DNA of 64,000 nucleotides from Marsupella aquatica (lineage: Eukaryota; Plantae; Marchantiophyta): positions 16,894,645 to 16,958,644 of the forward strand of contig OZ316893.1 of NCBI GenBank assembly GCA_973895155.1, written 5' to 3'. Below, piece after piece: positions 1 through 13,478 of this stretch; positions within the stretch are counted from its first letter, which is position 1; the number at the start of each line of letters is the position of its first letter. The notes beneath the pieces were generated by a model that was given only the letters and a program-made list of their open reading frames with translations, was not told the DNA's origin and made no database searches. The position numbers and the translations under genes are program-made.

Positions 1-2330
1 ATCACTCCAAAGTCATACGACTTGAGAGTGATTTCCCCAAAGGTGCATCATGCCTTAAGTAAACGCAAAAACATGTGTCCAAGGTGTTTATGTCGCAACT
101 AGTGGTTGGACAATGATGAGTATAGTGTCCCGCACGCAATGGAGGGGTTCTCACCTCTATGTGGGGTCACATGGCACTCTAGGGCCCACCTCCAGCCCCT
201 AGCCCCAAACTGGTCATTTGTGCTTTTCCTTAATGACTGCATAAGGGACCCCTCAAATGACCACAAATCCAGTCATTAGACTGATATGACTTTCCATATG
301 ACAGTTTTAATGACCCTGCTTTTAGTCATTGATATTTATGACGGTCCATTGCTCACATATGACCCAATAAAGGCCCTGGTACCTCCAAAGAGAGCCCGCT
401 TTAGATTCCTTGCAAGGTTGGAATATTCCTCTTCCCTAAACCCGCACCCACACCATACAGGGAAGCACGACTCCCCTGCCCATTCCATTGGTGCAGCACC
501 ACCTCTTGGAGAACCCAAAAACAACTTTTATTTGCCTTTGTATGTGATGGTGTGCATGCATGGCAACACTTTTGGCAAATCACTCCAAAGTCGTACGACT
601 TGGGAGTGATTTCCCCAAAGGTGCATCATGCCTTAAGGAAACACAAAAACTTGTGTCCAAAGTGTTTATGTCGCAACTAGTGGTTGGACAATGATGAGTA
701 TAGTGTCCCGCACGCAATGGAGGGGTTCTCACCTCTATGTGGGGCCCATGGCACTCTAGGGCCCACCTCAAGCCCCTAGCCCCAAAATGGTCATTTGTGC
801 TTTTCCTTAATGACTACATAAGGGACCCCTCAAATGACCACAAATCCAGTCATTAGACTGATATGACTCTCCATATGACAATTTTAATGACCCTACTTTT
901 AGTCATTGGCATTTATGACGGGCCATTGCTCACATATGACCCAATAAAGGCCCTAGTACCTCCAAAGAGAGCCAGCTTTAGATTCCTTGCAAGGTTGGAA
1001 TATTCCTCTTCCCTAAATCTGCACCCACACCATACCCTAAAAGCATGACTCCCCTGCCCATTCCATTTGGGCAGCACTACCTCTTGGAGAACCCAAAAAC
1101 AACTTTTATTTGCCTTTGTATGTGATGGTGTGCATGCATGGCAACACTTTTGGAAAATCACTCCAAAGTCGTACGACTTGGGAGTGATTTCCCCAAAGGT
1201 GCATCATGCCTTAAGGAAACACAAAAACATGTGTCCAAAGTGTTTATGTCGCAACTAGTGGTTGGACAATGATGAGTATAGTGTCCCGCACCTCGTGGAG
1301 GGGTTCTCACCTCTATGTGGGGCCCCATGGCACTCTAGGGCGCACCTCCAGCCCCTAGCCCCAAACTGGTCATTTCTGCTTTTCCTTAATGACTGCATGA
1401 GGGACCCCTCAAATGACAATAATTCAGGTCATTCCACTTATATGACATCCAATGTGACCATTTTAATGACCTTTCTTGTAGTAATTGGCATTTATGACGG
1501 GCCATTGCTCACATATGACCCAATAAAGGCCCTAGTACCTCCAAAGAGAGCCAGCTTTAGATTCCTTGCAAGGTTGGAATATTCCCAAACCCTAATCCCG
1601 CAGCCACACCATGCTAAGAAGCACGACTCCCCTGCCCATTCCATTCGTGCAGCACTACCTCTTGGAGAACCAAAAAACAGGTTTTATTTGCCTTTGGATG
1701 TGATGGTATACATCCATGGTTGCACTTTTGGCAAATCACTCCAAAGTCGTACGACTTGGGAGTGATTTCCCCAAAGGTGCATCATGCCTTAAGGAAACAC
1801 AAAAACATGTGCCCAAAGTGTTTATGTCGCAACTAGTGGTTGGACAATGATGAGTATAGTGTCCCGCACCTAGTGGAGGGGTTCTCACCTCTATGTGGGG
1901 CCCATGGCACTCTAGGGCCCACCTCAAGCCCCTAGCCCCAAAATGGTCATTTGTGCTTTTCCTTAATGACTACATAAGGGACCCCTCAAATGACCACAAA
2001 TCCAGTCATTAGACTGATATGACTCTCCATATGACAATTTTAATGACCCTACTTTTAGTCATTGGCATTTATGACGGGCCATTGCTCACATATGACCCAA
2101 TAAAGGCCCTAGTACCTCCAAAGAGAGCTAGCTTTAGATTCCTTGCAAGGTTGGAATATTCCCAAACCCTAAACCTGCACCCACACCATACTGAGAATGC
2201 ACCCACACCATACTGAGAAGCATTACTCCCCTGCCCATTCCATTGGGGCAGCACTACCTCTTGGAGAACCAAAAAACAACTTTTATTTGCCTTTGGATGT
2301 GATGGTATGCATGCATTTATTTGCAAATTA
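1..2330. repeat. Tandem array of ~578-bp units (4 copies, running off the left edge) in the subterminal region of a CACTA element
   Basis: The unit start ATCACTCCAAAGTC recurs at 1, 579, 1157 and 1735 (spacing 578), with a decayed copy at ~2494. The ORF track shows the same peptides repeated. Each unit contains the palindrome AAGTCGTACGACTT (one mismatch in unit 1). Confidence 0.95.
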
Positions 2331-2596
2331 AAATATTCCCCGTCCAAACACCGGCACAAACATGACACAATTACAACAAAGCATGACAACCTTCCATTGG
2401 TATTGCCCTACTTCTTGGAGAGACAAAAAGGTTTCATTTGCCCCATGGATACGATAGTATGCGCGCATCCATATATGATGACACTTCTGGAAAATCACTC
2501 CAAAGGTGTATGACTCTACAATTATGATAGGTGTCTGGAATGACTATTGAGTATTTTAATCTTCATATCTCTTGGGTTCTTTAATGACTCTATAAG

Positions 2597-3102
2597 TAGT
2601 CATTTATGTAATAAGTCCATAATGACTGTATGTTATTGTAAACATTGATATATCCTGATTTTTAGATTGCCCTATATTTAGTCATTTATGCGACAAGTCC
2701 ATAATGACAGTATGTTGTTGAAAACACCGATATATCCTAATTTCAAGATTGACTGTGGAGTTAGTCATTTATGAGAGAAGTCCATAATGACGGTATGTTC
2801 TTGTAAACACTGATATGTCCTAATTTCAAGATTGACCCTAGAGTTAGTCATTTATGGCAGAAGTCCATAATGACAATATATTGTGTAAACACTGATATAT
2901 TCTCATTTTCAGATTGACCCTAAATTTTGTCATTTATGAGAGAAGTCCATAATGACGGTATGTTCTTGTAAACACTAATATGTCCTAATTTCAAGATTGA
3001 CCCTAGAGTTAGTCATTTATGGCAGAAGTCCATAATGACAATATGTTGTTGTAAACACTGATATATTCTCATTTTCAGATTGACCCTAAATTTTGTCATT
3101 TA
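2597..3102. repeat. ~83-bp subterminal tandem repeat (~6 copies) rich in GTCATT/AATGAC
   Basis: AGTCATTTATG...AAGTCCATAATGAC recurs at ~2598, 2680, 2763, 2846, 2928 and 3011. Confidence 0.9.
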
Positions 3103-3490
3103 ACACCGTTGGTTAAAATGACGATAATACATTTTTTGTCATTTATCACCGTTGTCCAAAATGATGCAAATAGATTTTTGGTCATTTCAGTCATTGTCCA
3201 GAGTGACTATAATGTTGCTAAACACTGATTTATCATTGTTGTTATTAATTGTGTCATTTAAGACATGTGTCTAAATTGACCATTTAGGGAAATTGGGTCA
3301 TTTTGGTCGCATCAGTCATTATAGACATTATACAAAATGACGAAAAAATTAACATTTTGTCATTTCAGTCTATTGGTCATTGTGGACAGTCATTCCCCCG
3401 TCATTCTTTTTGTGTCATTAAAACTTTTGGTCATTTATTCATCTCTGTCATTGGGTGATTGGTCATAAAGGGCCCTGTTTTCTTCTAGTT

Positions 3491-3948
3491 ATACTCAGCC
3501 TCAGTAGTAGACAACGCAATACATGAGTGAGTTGTCAACTTCCAACTGATACAATCTCCACTTAACATAAACACATAGCCTATAGTAGACTTCCTGTTAT
3601 CCAAGTTACCTGCATAATCTGAATCTACAAAACCTTCTAACTCTAATGTAGAGTTTACTTTATCGTCAAATATAATCCCACAATCTAAGGTACCTTCAGA
3701 TATCGCAACACCCACTTCACTACTTCCCAGTGAAGTTTACCAGGGCATGCCCATAAATCTGCTCAAAATGCTGATAGCATGGGCAATGTCAGGTCTAGTG
3801 CATGTCGTCGCATACATCAAACTACCCATGACACTAGTCTATCACTCTCACTAGAAGGGCAATCATTCTTTGAGAGTTTGAAGTGGGAAGCCAATGGAGT
3901 ACCAACTGGTTTTGCATTCTCCATCCCATACTTGGCAAGTACCTTCTC
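3491..3948 (-). pseudogene. Ty1/Copia RT-RNase H fragment, same family as 53587-56500
   Basis: Translates to FVDSDYAGNLDNRKSTIGYVF...ALSTTEAEY and is near-identical to ~55720-56200, with an internal deletion. Confidence 0.9.
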
Positions 3949-4004
3949 CTAGTCCGACATCAACCTACTACTCCTTACCATCCAAAGGCGAATGGGTTGA
4001 CAAA

Positions 4005-7000
4005 ACAAGAAAATGGCATTGTCGTATGACAAAAAGAACAAAAAGTAGTAATTTATCTTTATAAACGCAGAATTTGATCCCTTTAAGAACAGATTGGAAG
4101 TAGATTGAATGATTTAACAAATTCAAGACGTTTAGAGCTTCTTGCTCTAAACTTAAAATCTCTAACAAAGATAAAATTAACAAAATACAAGGAAAAGATA
4201 ACTCTTGAGTTATAAATCCAAAAGGGAGAAGAAATCTATGATTAGATTGGTTTTAACGTGCTACTGCCACTTCTTCATATAGGACTATGGACTCAACATA
4301 GACAGAATTAACCCTATCAAATCAGATTCTCTATTTTCTTGGAATCATAAAGATGAAAAATAAAAGGATTCTCTTGCTCACCAAATCCATAGTACATTTC
4401 TGGCTGATTTACTTAGATATGTATTAAAATGCCGTCAACATGGTTTGATTGTCAGCGATACGCAATTCAAATCAAACTCTAATACATATGCCAAGTAAAA
4501 CAACAGTACTATGATACTCTGAAGATGGAATTTTGCTCCTTCAATTCAAACATCTATCATCGAATTAGCTAACGAATCTTGACACAGCAAGCAAGCTTAG
4601 CAGTGAATTCGATAAGAATCTCAAAAGGTTGTGATTAAAAATCCAATCACTAGAAGGAATCTCCTGAATTCATTCACAATTGATAACGCATGCTTTCCTT
4701 CCATACAAGATATTCTTGTTAAAATGGAAGGTGGAAAACTATTCAGAATCTCTTTCTAAATAAAGTTTGTCCCCCTGAAGATGGATAAACTGAGGGGTCT
4801 TATAGGTGTAGACTTCTAACAAAAGGAAACTGAAGGGGTATAACTTTTCAAATCTCAAATATCCAAAAGGGTAGTCTCATAAAAGGTGAAGTGAGTGTGG
4901 AAAATGCAGTGGACGCTTCAGGAAGCGTCATGTTTGAAGCGGACGCTTTCCAAAGCGTCAGTAGTTTTGCTAAAACTAATAAACAGTGATCTTAATCTAA
5001 TTTCAACTTCTAAACTAAAGGTCAAAATGAGGTGAAACTTTTCTAGGGTACTTTACTACATATAATCTCCATTCTGGCAAAGTTTCAGACTTTTCTAAGA
5101 CCTCTAAGTGCTTAAAATAAATCAATAAAAGTATCATAATGATATAAAAAGTTAAGGAAGGAAAAATAATTGTAAGTGTCAAATTTGGGTGGACGCTTTA
5201 GGAGGCGTCCAAAATACAAAGGACTTTTCAGACGCTTTGAAGAGCGTTGTCTGAAATTTGATGTCTTCTATTGGTGGCGTACGTCTTTTGAACTTCGAGA
5301 TGGACGCTTCACAAAGCGTCGGGGTCTGGGATGACTTGATAACGGAATCTTCAGAAAGCGTCGAGTCTTCTGAGTACTCATGAGGACGCTTCAAAAGTTG
5401 ATGTTGCGTTAAAAGGTGTCGTGTCTCTCTGGCTTCTATGGATGCTTCAAGAAGCGTCATGTTTTGCTGGCATCAAATATGGACGCTTTCGGTAGCATCG
5501 GAGCTTTCCTTCACTTTGGGTTGGGGATGCTTCAGTTAGCGCTTGTATTGTGGTGGATGCTTCGGGAACCGTCAACTCCCATTATCATCAAACACGGATG
5601 CTTCAGAAAGCGTCGAGCCTATTTTTACTTCGGAGCCGAGACGCTGAAGTCGGCATCTATATCGTGATGGACGCTTCATAAAGCGTCCTGAATTGAGTTG
5701 CATCCTCAGCAGGAATTACTTGAAACAGAGTAACCAAAGGCACATGCCTCTGAAGCGTCAGAATAGTGGGGACGTTTTGTAAAGCGTTGTCTTTTGCTCC
5801 AAAAAAGTTAGAAAATTTCTCAAATAAACTCTTATTGATGAATTTTGACAAAAGTACTCTTCCACATAGCCCTCCACTCAAAATTTGTCGTGTCCGCACA
5901 AGAAATGGAATAATATACTGTGTAATAATCTTTCAAAGGTCTTCTAATGGAATAACAAAGCTGATCTTTACTGATTCAGAGTTATCAATTACATATGAGG
6001 CCAAATGTCGAGCAGAGGTAATCGAACAGGCCCTCTAATGGCTTGTGATCCTTGAGTACGAGAAGACGAATGAAGTTGGTTTCTCTTCAGTTGCTCTCTC
6101 AATTTAATAAGGTCCTTCTCACACTAAAACTAAATTGCATATCCGTCATGAGAGACCTAGACATAATAGCTGTAAGGCCATGGATTTCCTAGAAGTATAG
6201 GAGGAAAGGGGGAGGAAGCTCTTCGAAGGGTATACCCCAACACCAGATTTCATACGTAAAGAATTTAGTTTTCTTATCCTTATCAATTGGTGGAACAATC
6301 TTTGGAAACTTATATGTAGGTATCAAAGTACGTATACCTTGAGAACATATTACTGGCAAAATCTGCTGCTATTGTCTGATACTCTCAACCTCCAAATGCC
6401 TGAAAGCTATTTGGTAGTCCTTCTTGGTCCAACAGTTAATAGAAGAAAGATTGGGGACAGGAATAGGAGGTGGCAAATCAACCAATCTTCCCAGTCAAGG
6501 TGGAATTCGAATAATCCTGGGATTTGCCTCGTCTTCATTGTCATCACTGGGTGCTCCTATCCATCAAAAAATTACTCCTGGAGTTGAGGAAGGAATTACA
6601 GACTCCTTAGCAGGTGGGTGAGGTGGAGTCTCAGGAGAAGAAGTAGCAATGGTAGTCGGTACTAGCTTTGGTATCTCTTCACCTGTGAATTCTGCACATG
6701 AAAGCTCTTGCTCTAGCTGTAACTCTGAATAAACAGCTGGCTCACCTTGAACATCAGCTGGTTCCACTTGATTGACATTCTACTCCTGTGCTTCTCTCTG
6801 AGCCTTGTCAAAATCTTCAGTTGCATGCAATTCCATTGAATCTCTAGCTCTCCGTAATCTCTTCCATGGTCTGCAACTATAAGTGACCGGGTACTCCTCT
6901 GGAGCTCAAGATGTGGAAGCTAGATAGGTTGAGTGTCCACAAAAATAATTCTCTCAAAGTTGATTGAAGCAGATGTATCGTGAAGTGTAACCACTGGACT

Positions 7001-7520
7001 CTGGTTTGGGCTATCATAATCCATTTGAACTGGTGATAATTCCTCATTATCTGAATACCAAGGAATTTGATTTAGTCTCTTAGCTAAATCCTCTGATAGA
7101 TCTAGTGGTATGGTTACCATATCATTGTTTCCTTGTTGGCCAGAATCATATTGTTTAGGCCTTCGTAAGAATGGCACATCATCTTCATCAACAATCTCTC
7201 CAATTTCATCCTCACGATCACTTCTTGACAATATTGTAATCTCAAGATCTGGTCTCTCTAAACCAAGAATGTCCTGAGGAGATCCAAGAATGTCATGTAG
7301 AGGTGGTTGTGGGCTCCCATTGGAGAACTCATCCAATTCATAGTCCAGCAATGAAGCTAAAGCATCTTGCTCTACAGCAACTTAAGATGAAGATGGATAG
7401 GGCAATTCCTCCTAAACAATATCTTCTGCAATAGAGGGTAAAAATGGAGGTTCACTTGGTAATTCCTCAACTACTTCGGGTTCCTGAGTAACTTCCTCTG
7501 GATTCTCCAAGGAACTGTAC
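4005..7520 (-). mobile_element. LTR-retrotransposon fragment: degenerate acidic accessory ORF plus palindrome-rich non-coding region
   Basis: Broken acidic, low-complexity ORFs at 6564-7351 (-), a polypurine-like tract near 4770, and a GACGCTT-N4-AAGCGTC array. No catalytic domain was recognised. Confidence 0.45.
4911..5790. repeat. Dispersed array of the ~18-bp palindrome GACGCTT-N4-AAGCGTC (~16 variably degenerate copies)
   Basis: Copies at ~4912, 4942, 5192, 5231, 5303, 5441, 5482, 5557, 5597, 5670 and 5770, among others. Confidence 0.85.
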
Positions 7521-7652
7521 CTCTCAACTTGTTTCATTGCCAGTCTATCACTCTCACTAGAAGGGCAATCATTCTTTGAGAGTTTGAAGTGTGAAGCCAA
7601 TGGAGTACCAACTGGTTTTGCATTCTCCATCCCATGCTTGGCAAGTACCTTC
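7520..7652 (-). pseudogene. Second Copia RT fragment (ENAKPVGTPLASHFKLSKNDCPSSESDRLAMKQV)
   Basis: Near-identical to 3836-3948 and to ~55720-55845. Confidence 0.85.
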
Positions 7653-7739
7653 TATTCTCAATCGTATGGATATGAAAAAAGCAACTACTTTGGAAACAAA
7701 ATTGGTATTTTCAACAACCTTTTTTGGCCGGAAAAGCCC

Positions 7740-8304
7740 GAGGGAGACTTCTCCATGAATCCATGAAAATAAGGAGTTAAAAAATATGTCAATTCGGCAA
7801 ATAAGTTCTTTAGTACCTTGTTAAGTACGGATCAACAAACTTTGGCCTCTGCAATCTCTTCGCAAGAATGACTGTTTTCACAATCAAATTACAGAATAAG
7901 TATACATCCAGCATTGACCTACTACTCCTTACCATCCAAAGGCAAATGGGTTGACAGAACAAGCAAATGGCATCATAGGTAAAATCCTAAACAAAATGGT
8001 AGCTCAGAACAACATTGATTGGGATGACAAATTGTTTGTTGTTGTTTTTGCTTACAATTTAGCCTACAAGTCAACTACCGGTTATACACCCTTCTTCTTA
8101 CCTTTGGATAGGAAGCTCTGGTACCCATGCAACTTGAGATTCCTACATTTCAAGTTATAATTAAGGAGAGAGCTTCAGAGGAAGAAAGCCTGAGAGAGCA
8201 AGAATATAAATTAGAGGCCTTAGAAGAAGAAAGGATGATTTCAGCAAAGAGAGTAGAACATAGGCAGAACACAATGAAGCAACAATACAACAAAAAGCTT
8301 AAAC
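7740..8304 (+). pseudogene. Ty3/Gypsy integrase fragment
   Basis: TTPYHPKANGLTEQANGIIGKILNKMV...WDDKL...FAYNLAYKSTTGYTPFFL matches the C-terminal integrase core. It is frameshifted and cut at 8304 by the Bianca LTR. Confidence 0.85.
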
Positions 8305-11300
8305 TATTGTAACCCGAGTTAACTAGACCATAGATAAGGTTAACTAGGATAACGCCTACTCAGGTTAGGCCATACTAACTGCCTAACCACCAGACTATTG
8401 GAAAGCCTATATGTAAGAATATGGAAGGGAATGAAAGTTACATTGTTCATTCTATCACAACACGTTATCAGCATGATGCTGCAAAATTGAATTTTTTTAG
8501 GAATTCAGATTTCAACAAGCATTTGCACTTGTGAGGACAAGGATACAAGGCTGGTGAACCGGGTGTGGATTGAAGAACAGATACATCGAGGGTGATATGA
8601 GGAGATAGACCCTGAAGATTGAGACCAAAAACGAATTGAATTGACCAATCCGGGAAATACAAATCGGACCAAACATTGAGATATGTTACAATTCCAGATC
8701 CAAACTACTCAATTCCCAATTAAATATAATCGAGCTAAGTCACCCAAATTCCCATATTACAGAGAGATCAAAATATTAAATCCCGTTTCCTAAAAGACAT
8801 TATATCAATAAAACTCAGGAAAGATGTCAACATCCACACATTCAATGGAGAAACTCTTGTTCCAATCCTTAAACATTGATGGATCGAATTACCTGTCTTG
8901 GTCGTTAGACGCTGATGCACATCTAACATCTAAGAATTTACAGGACATGGTAATCACTGACAATGGACAAACCCTCTAGCAAAAGGCGCAGGCCTTAATA
9001 CTAATTAGACACCATTTGAGCGACTCCTTAAAGCGACAGTATATGAATGAATACAATCCGAGGGTCCTCTAGGAAGAACTTCAATCACGCTTCGACCACA
9101 CTCGCACCATATACTGGCCAGCAGCCAGACACGATTGGATTAATCTAAGAGTCCAAGACCATAAGACGATTGCAAAATACAACAGCAAACTATTCCGGAT
9201 AGTATCACAACTGGCCATATGTGGCCACCCCATAAATGATGAAGAACAGATCGAGAAAACGTTATCCATCCTTCACTCTACCAATCTTATCCTCTCTACC
9301 CAATACCACAATATGCGATTCACCAAATATTCCAAATTAATCGCTCACATGCTCTTGGCCGAGAAGCACCAATTATTATTATTACAAAACTCCCCAAAAG
9401 AGACCCCTTGGAACCCTTCCAGTCACAAACCCAGAATCACACTATGCCACGAGACAAGGAGGTGAGGGATCCTCTTACCGTGGCCGAGGAAGCTTCAGGG
9501 GAGAAGCTCATATAGAGGCCGTGGAAGCTCTTTTAGAGGACACGGGGGCAGAGGTAACTCCTTCAGAGGCAGATCCAGAGGTCGATATCAAAACAACGGT
9601 GGCAACTCAAGAAACAATTGGCAACAAGACAACTACCAACCTCAAGCGAGGACATATCAACCCCAACCTGCTCAAGAGATAAACACAAAAACCCTCCTAC
9701 ATGTTTCCGTTGTGGCACTAAAGGGCACATTCAAAAATTCAGTCGTGCCCCAGTACACTTAGTGCAATTATACAAGAAGAGCATTGCACAAAACGAACCT
9801 GAAACGGATGGGACTTTCCTTGATTCTACAGAAATAATACCCTCCATAAATATGGTCCTGCAGAATACTACAACTCACATGTACACAAAAGAAAATTCTT
9901 CCCACTACATAGTGGACAGCGGCACATCGCATTCCATTTTGAAACACAAAGAGTTTTTTAACCATATTACACCATCACAAAGAAAACTCACATCTATCAT
10001 GGGCCAACACCAACTGGAAGAGGGATTTGGACCGGCAACAGTGACTTTACCCTATGGAACAACGATCCAGGTAAAGTCAGCAATATACACCCCAAGGGCA
10101 ACAAGAAACCTACTGAGATTTGGGGACATCCGATCTAACCATTTACACATCATGACCAGTACACGAAATGGACGAGAAGTCCTGTACATCACCTCTGGGG
10201 AACCACCAAACATGGAGATTAGAGAGATTTTGAGTGCATCACCACCGGGTTGCTATACAACCAAAATTCAGAGCTTCCTTATTGAAGCACCCCAAAGCTC
10301 AATCACCGAGCTTTGGCATAGGAGACTGGGCCACCCTGGAATAACAATGTTCTAGAAACTCATCAGAGAAACACAAGGAATCCCAACATCGGTCCATCCT
10401 AGGTCTATGCACGACCCTTGCTTAGCTTGCTCACAGGGAAAGTTAATAATTCGGCCCTCACCTTCAACAATAGAACGTCAAATCCCAAACTTCTTGGAAC
10501 GCATACACGCTGATGTGTGCGGACCGATAGACCCCCCAAGTTGCCCATTCCAGTTCTTCCTGGCTGTCATAGACGCATCCACAAAGTGGTATCAAATATC
10601 TTTGTTATCAACCAAAAACCTAGTCTTTTCCAGACTACTGGCCCACATCTTAAAATTGAGAGCACAATTCCCTGAAAATCAGATTAAGACCCTCTGAGTT
10701 GACAATGCAGGAGAATTTACCTCCAAAACGTTCGAAGATTATTGCCAAGCAATGGGCATAGATGTCCAGTATCCAGTCCCCCACGTCCACTTCCAAAAAC
10801 GGGATTGCTGAATCCCTGATTAAACGCCTACAAATGATAGCTTGGCCACTACTCATGCAGACTAGCCTCCCAACAGCAGCCTGGGGGCATGCCATTCTTC
10901 ACTCCGCTGCACTACTCAGCTACAGACCATCATCATTTAATTCAAGCACCCCACATCACCTTGCACTAGGAAACACACCGAACGTCTCCCACTTGAGAAC
11001 ATTCAGTTGTAAGGTCATGGTTCCCATCCTGGGTCCCAAGCAAACCAAGATGGGGCTACAAAGGCATGCAGGAATATATATCGGTTTTGATTCCGCTTCA
11101 ATCATAAGATACATGGAACCTACCACAACTGACATTTTTAAAGCACGCTTTGTGGACTGCCACTTCTATGAAGAGATCTTTCCTAGACTGCAAACAAAGC
11201 AACAAACCGATAAAGAGAAGACCTCAGCACTTACTTGGCAAATCAAGGCTGGATTTTGGAACGACCCCCGGGACAGCCACGCAGACACAGAAGTACAGAG

Positions 11301-13478
11301 AATCCTCCATCTTGCAAGGATGGTAGAACAACTACCGGACTCCTTCATTGATGCTGCACAGGTGACCAGGTCCCACATACCAGCAGCAAACGCTCCATCC
11401 AGAATTCAAATGGAGATAGCACCAGCATCAGAGACGGCCCCGAAGGCGAAGAGAGGCCGCCCCCCAGGCTCTAGAGATAAACAACCAAGACAAAGGAGAG
11501 CTGCCCCCCCAATGCACCGAGCACATCGACCAGGGATCAAACCCTAATACAACCAAATGCACCAGAAGACAATGAAGAGATATCAATCAATTATGGCAGA
11601 ACCGGACATGTATGGGACAGAAAAAATACCACAATAGACGAGCAGTTTGCCTTCCACATAGCACAACAGATCGAAGACGAACTGCCCAACCGAAGAACAA
11701 TCAAGGAAGCAGAAAATCAATCGGACTGGCCTGAATGGTAGAAGGCCATCCACTTAGAACTTGATTCATTAATATCTCGCCAAGTGTTTGGACCGATAAC
11801 AGCAGCAGAACCTGAAACACATCTAACAGGCTATAAATGGACCTTTGTAAAGAAACAAAATGTGAAAGGCAAGGTGACAAGATACAAGGCCCGGCTAGTG
11901 GCCAGAGAGTTCACTCAAGTTCTAGGCAGGGACTATGACCTAACGTATTCGCCCGTAATGGACGTGATTACATATAGGTACCTGATGACATTCTCTCACG
12001 CCACAATTTATCCATGCATCAGATGGTTATTGTGACAGCTTATCTATACGGGCACTTAGACAAAGTGATATATATGGAGGCCCCTCCACAACTGGTGCAG
12101 CGAGTCGAGCACCACAGCAAGGGGAAACAATCACATCCAACCGGGAACCAGAAACAAATGGAGATATTTGAGCATACAAACTCAGCCATACTCCATAAAA
12201 CCATAGCAGCAATAGCACTCAGAGTTCCCATACAACAAACTCAGAAACAGAGGAATCCCACCTTGAGAACTCGCTTGGCAGTACAGGTTTTAAGATCAAT
12301 GTATGGGCTTAAACAAAGCGGATTGACATGGTACAAAAGATTCAAATCAGAGATGCTAGCTATGGGATTTAAGAATGCTGATATAGCTCAATGCCTGTTT
12401 CTGAAGCGAGAGGAAAAAGAATTTATTATTGTGGCTATATATGTGGACGATCTGAACCTATTTGGAGCCACAAATATTATGATGGAAACCATCAAGCTAC
12501 TGAAAAAGGCCTTCGAGATGCGTGACCTAGGGCAGACTTCTTTCTGCCTAGGCTTACAATTTGAGCATCTGCAAAATGGCATCTTACTGCATCAGTCCAC
12601 ATACATCAAAAAGATTTTGAAGCAATTTAACATGGACAAGGCCACAGCAGTCAAATCCCCCATGGACATTCGATCCCTAAACCCTAAACCCTTGATAAAG
12701 AAAAGGACATCTTCCGGAAGAGAAATGAGATGGAGCCACTACTTGGCCCAAAAAAACCGTACCTATCTGCTATAGGTGTCCTGATGTTCCTCTCAAACCA
12801 AACAAGGCCAGACATAGCCTTCGCAGTAAATCTGTTGGCACGCCACAGTGCAAAGCCAACCATCCAGCACTGGAATGGGATAAAACAAATCTTTTGTTAT
12901 CTTGTAGGAACCATAGACCTGGGATTGTTCTATCCAACAAACACCAACTACTTACTAACAGGGTATGCTGATGCAGGCTACCTGTCCGACCTAGAGGATG
13001 CAAAGTCCCAGACTAGGTATGTTTTCCTTATGGGACAGATTGCAATTTCATGGCGAAGCTGCAAGCAAACACTCATGACTACATCATCCAACCACTCAGA
13101 GATAATAGCACTTTACAAATCAAGCATGGAGTGTAATTGGTTGCGCAATGTTATTAACCATATTCATGAGAACACGGGCATGCCTCCACTGTCAACACCA
13201 ACCAAAATCCATGAAGACAACAGAGCCGGTGTCAAACAAATTCAAGCAGGCTTCATAAAGGGAGATCGAACAAAACACATCGCTCCTAAATTTTTCTTAA
13301 TGCATGAACAACAAGGAAATAGTATTGAAGTCCACTGGATTCAAAGCTCACAAAACATTGCTGACATGTTTACTAAATTTCTCCCCCCTGCACAACACCA
13401 ACAACATACAATTTTTGTAGGTCTAAGACACTTATTTGAACTGCAGAACTAACAATTTCCGAAGTTACAGTAAATATA
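8305..13478 (+). mobile_element. Ty1/Copia LTR retrotransposon of the Bianca lineage, 3'-truncated by a CACTA insertion
   Basis: Short 5' LTR 8305-8462 (TATTGTAAC...ACAACA) is followed by PBS CGTTATCAGCATGA. Pol carries the Bianca-type signatures ERIHADVCGPIDPP and KGDRTKHIAPKFF. No 3' LTR is in the window. Confidence 0.88.
8850..13452 (+). pseudogene. Disrupted Bianca gag-pol (gag, zinc knuckle, protease, integrase, RT, RNase H)
   Basis: CFRCGTKGH knuckle and DSGT protease (9618-10355), integrase (10407-11547), RT with YVDD (12014-12775), and RNase H (12730-13452). There are multiple stops and frameshifts. Confidence 0.92.

Larger units (their letters stand above)
1..3490. mobile_element. 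Right end of a CACTA (En/Spm) DNA transposon, family A
   Basis: Ends GTCATAAAGGGCCCTGTTTTCTTCTAGTT. Its reverse complement resembles the TIR CACTAGTAGAAAATGGGGCCTTTTATGAC at 48044, with the terminal base mutated. GTCAT/ATGAC subterminal motifs are dense, and there is an abrupt junction into Copia RNase H sequence at 3491. Confidence 0.8.

Noticed and set aside
286-2513. Repeated short ORFs in the 578-bp array
   Set aside because: By-products of the tandem repeat; frames are not conserved between units and no domain is recognisable.
4911-5790. CRISPR-like repeat-spacer array
   Set aside because: Repeats are short and degenerate, spacing is irregular, there are no cas genes, and the context is eukaryotic TE.
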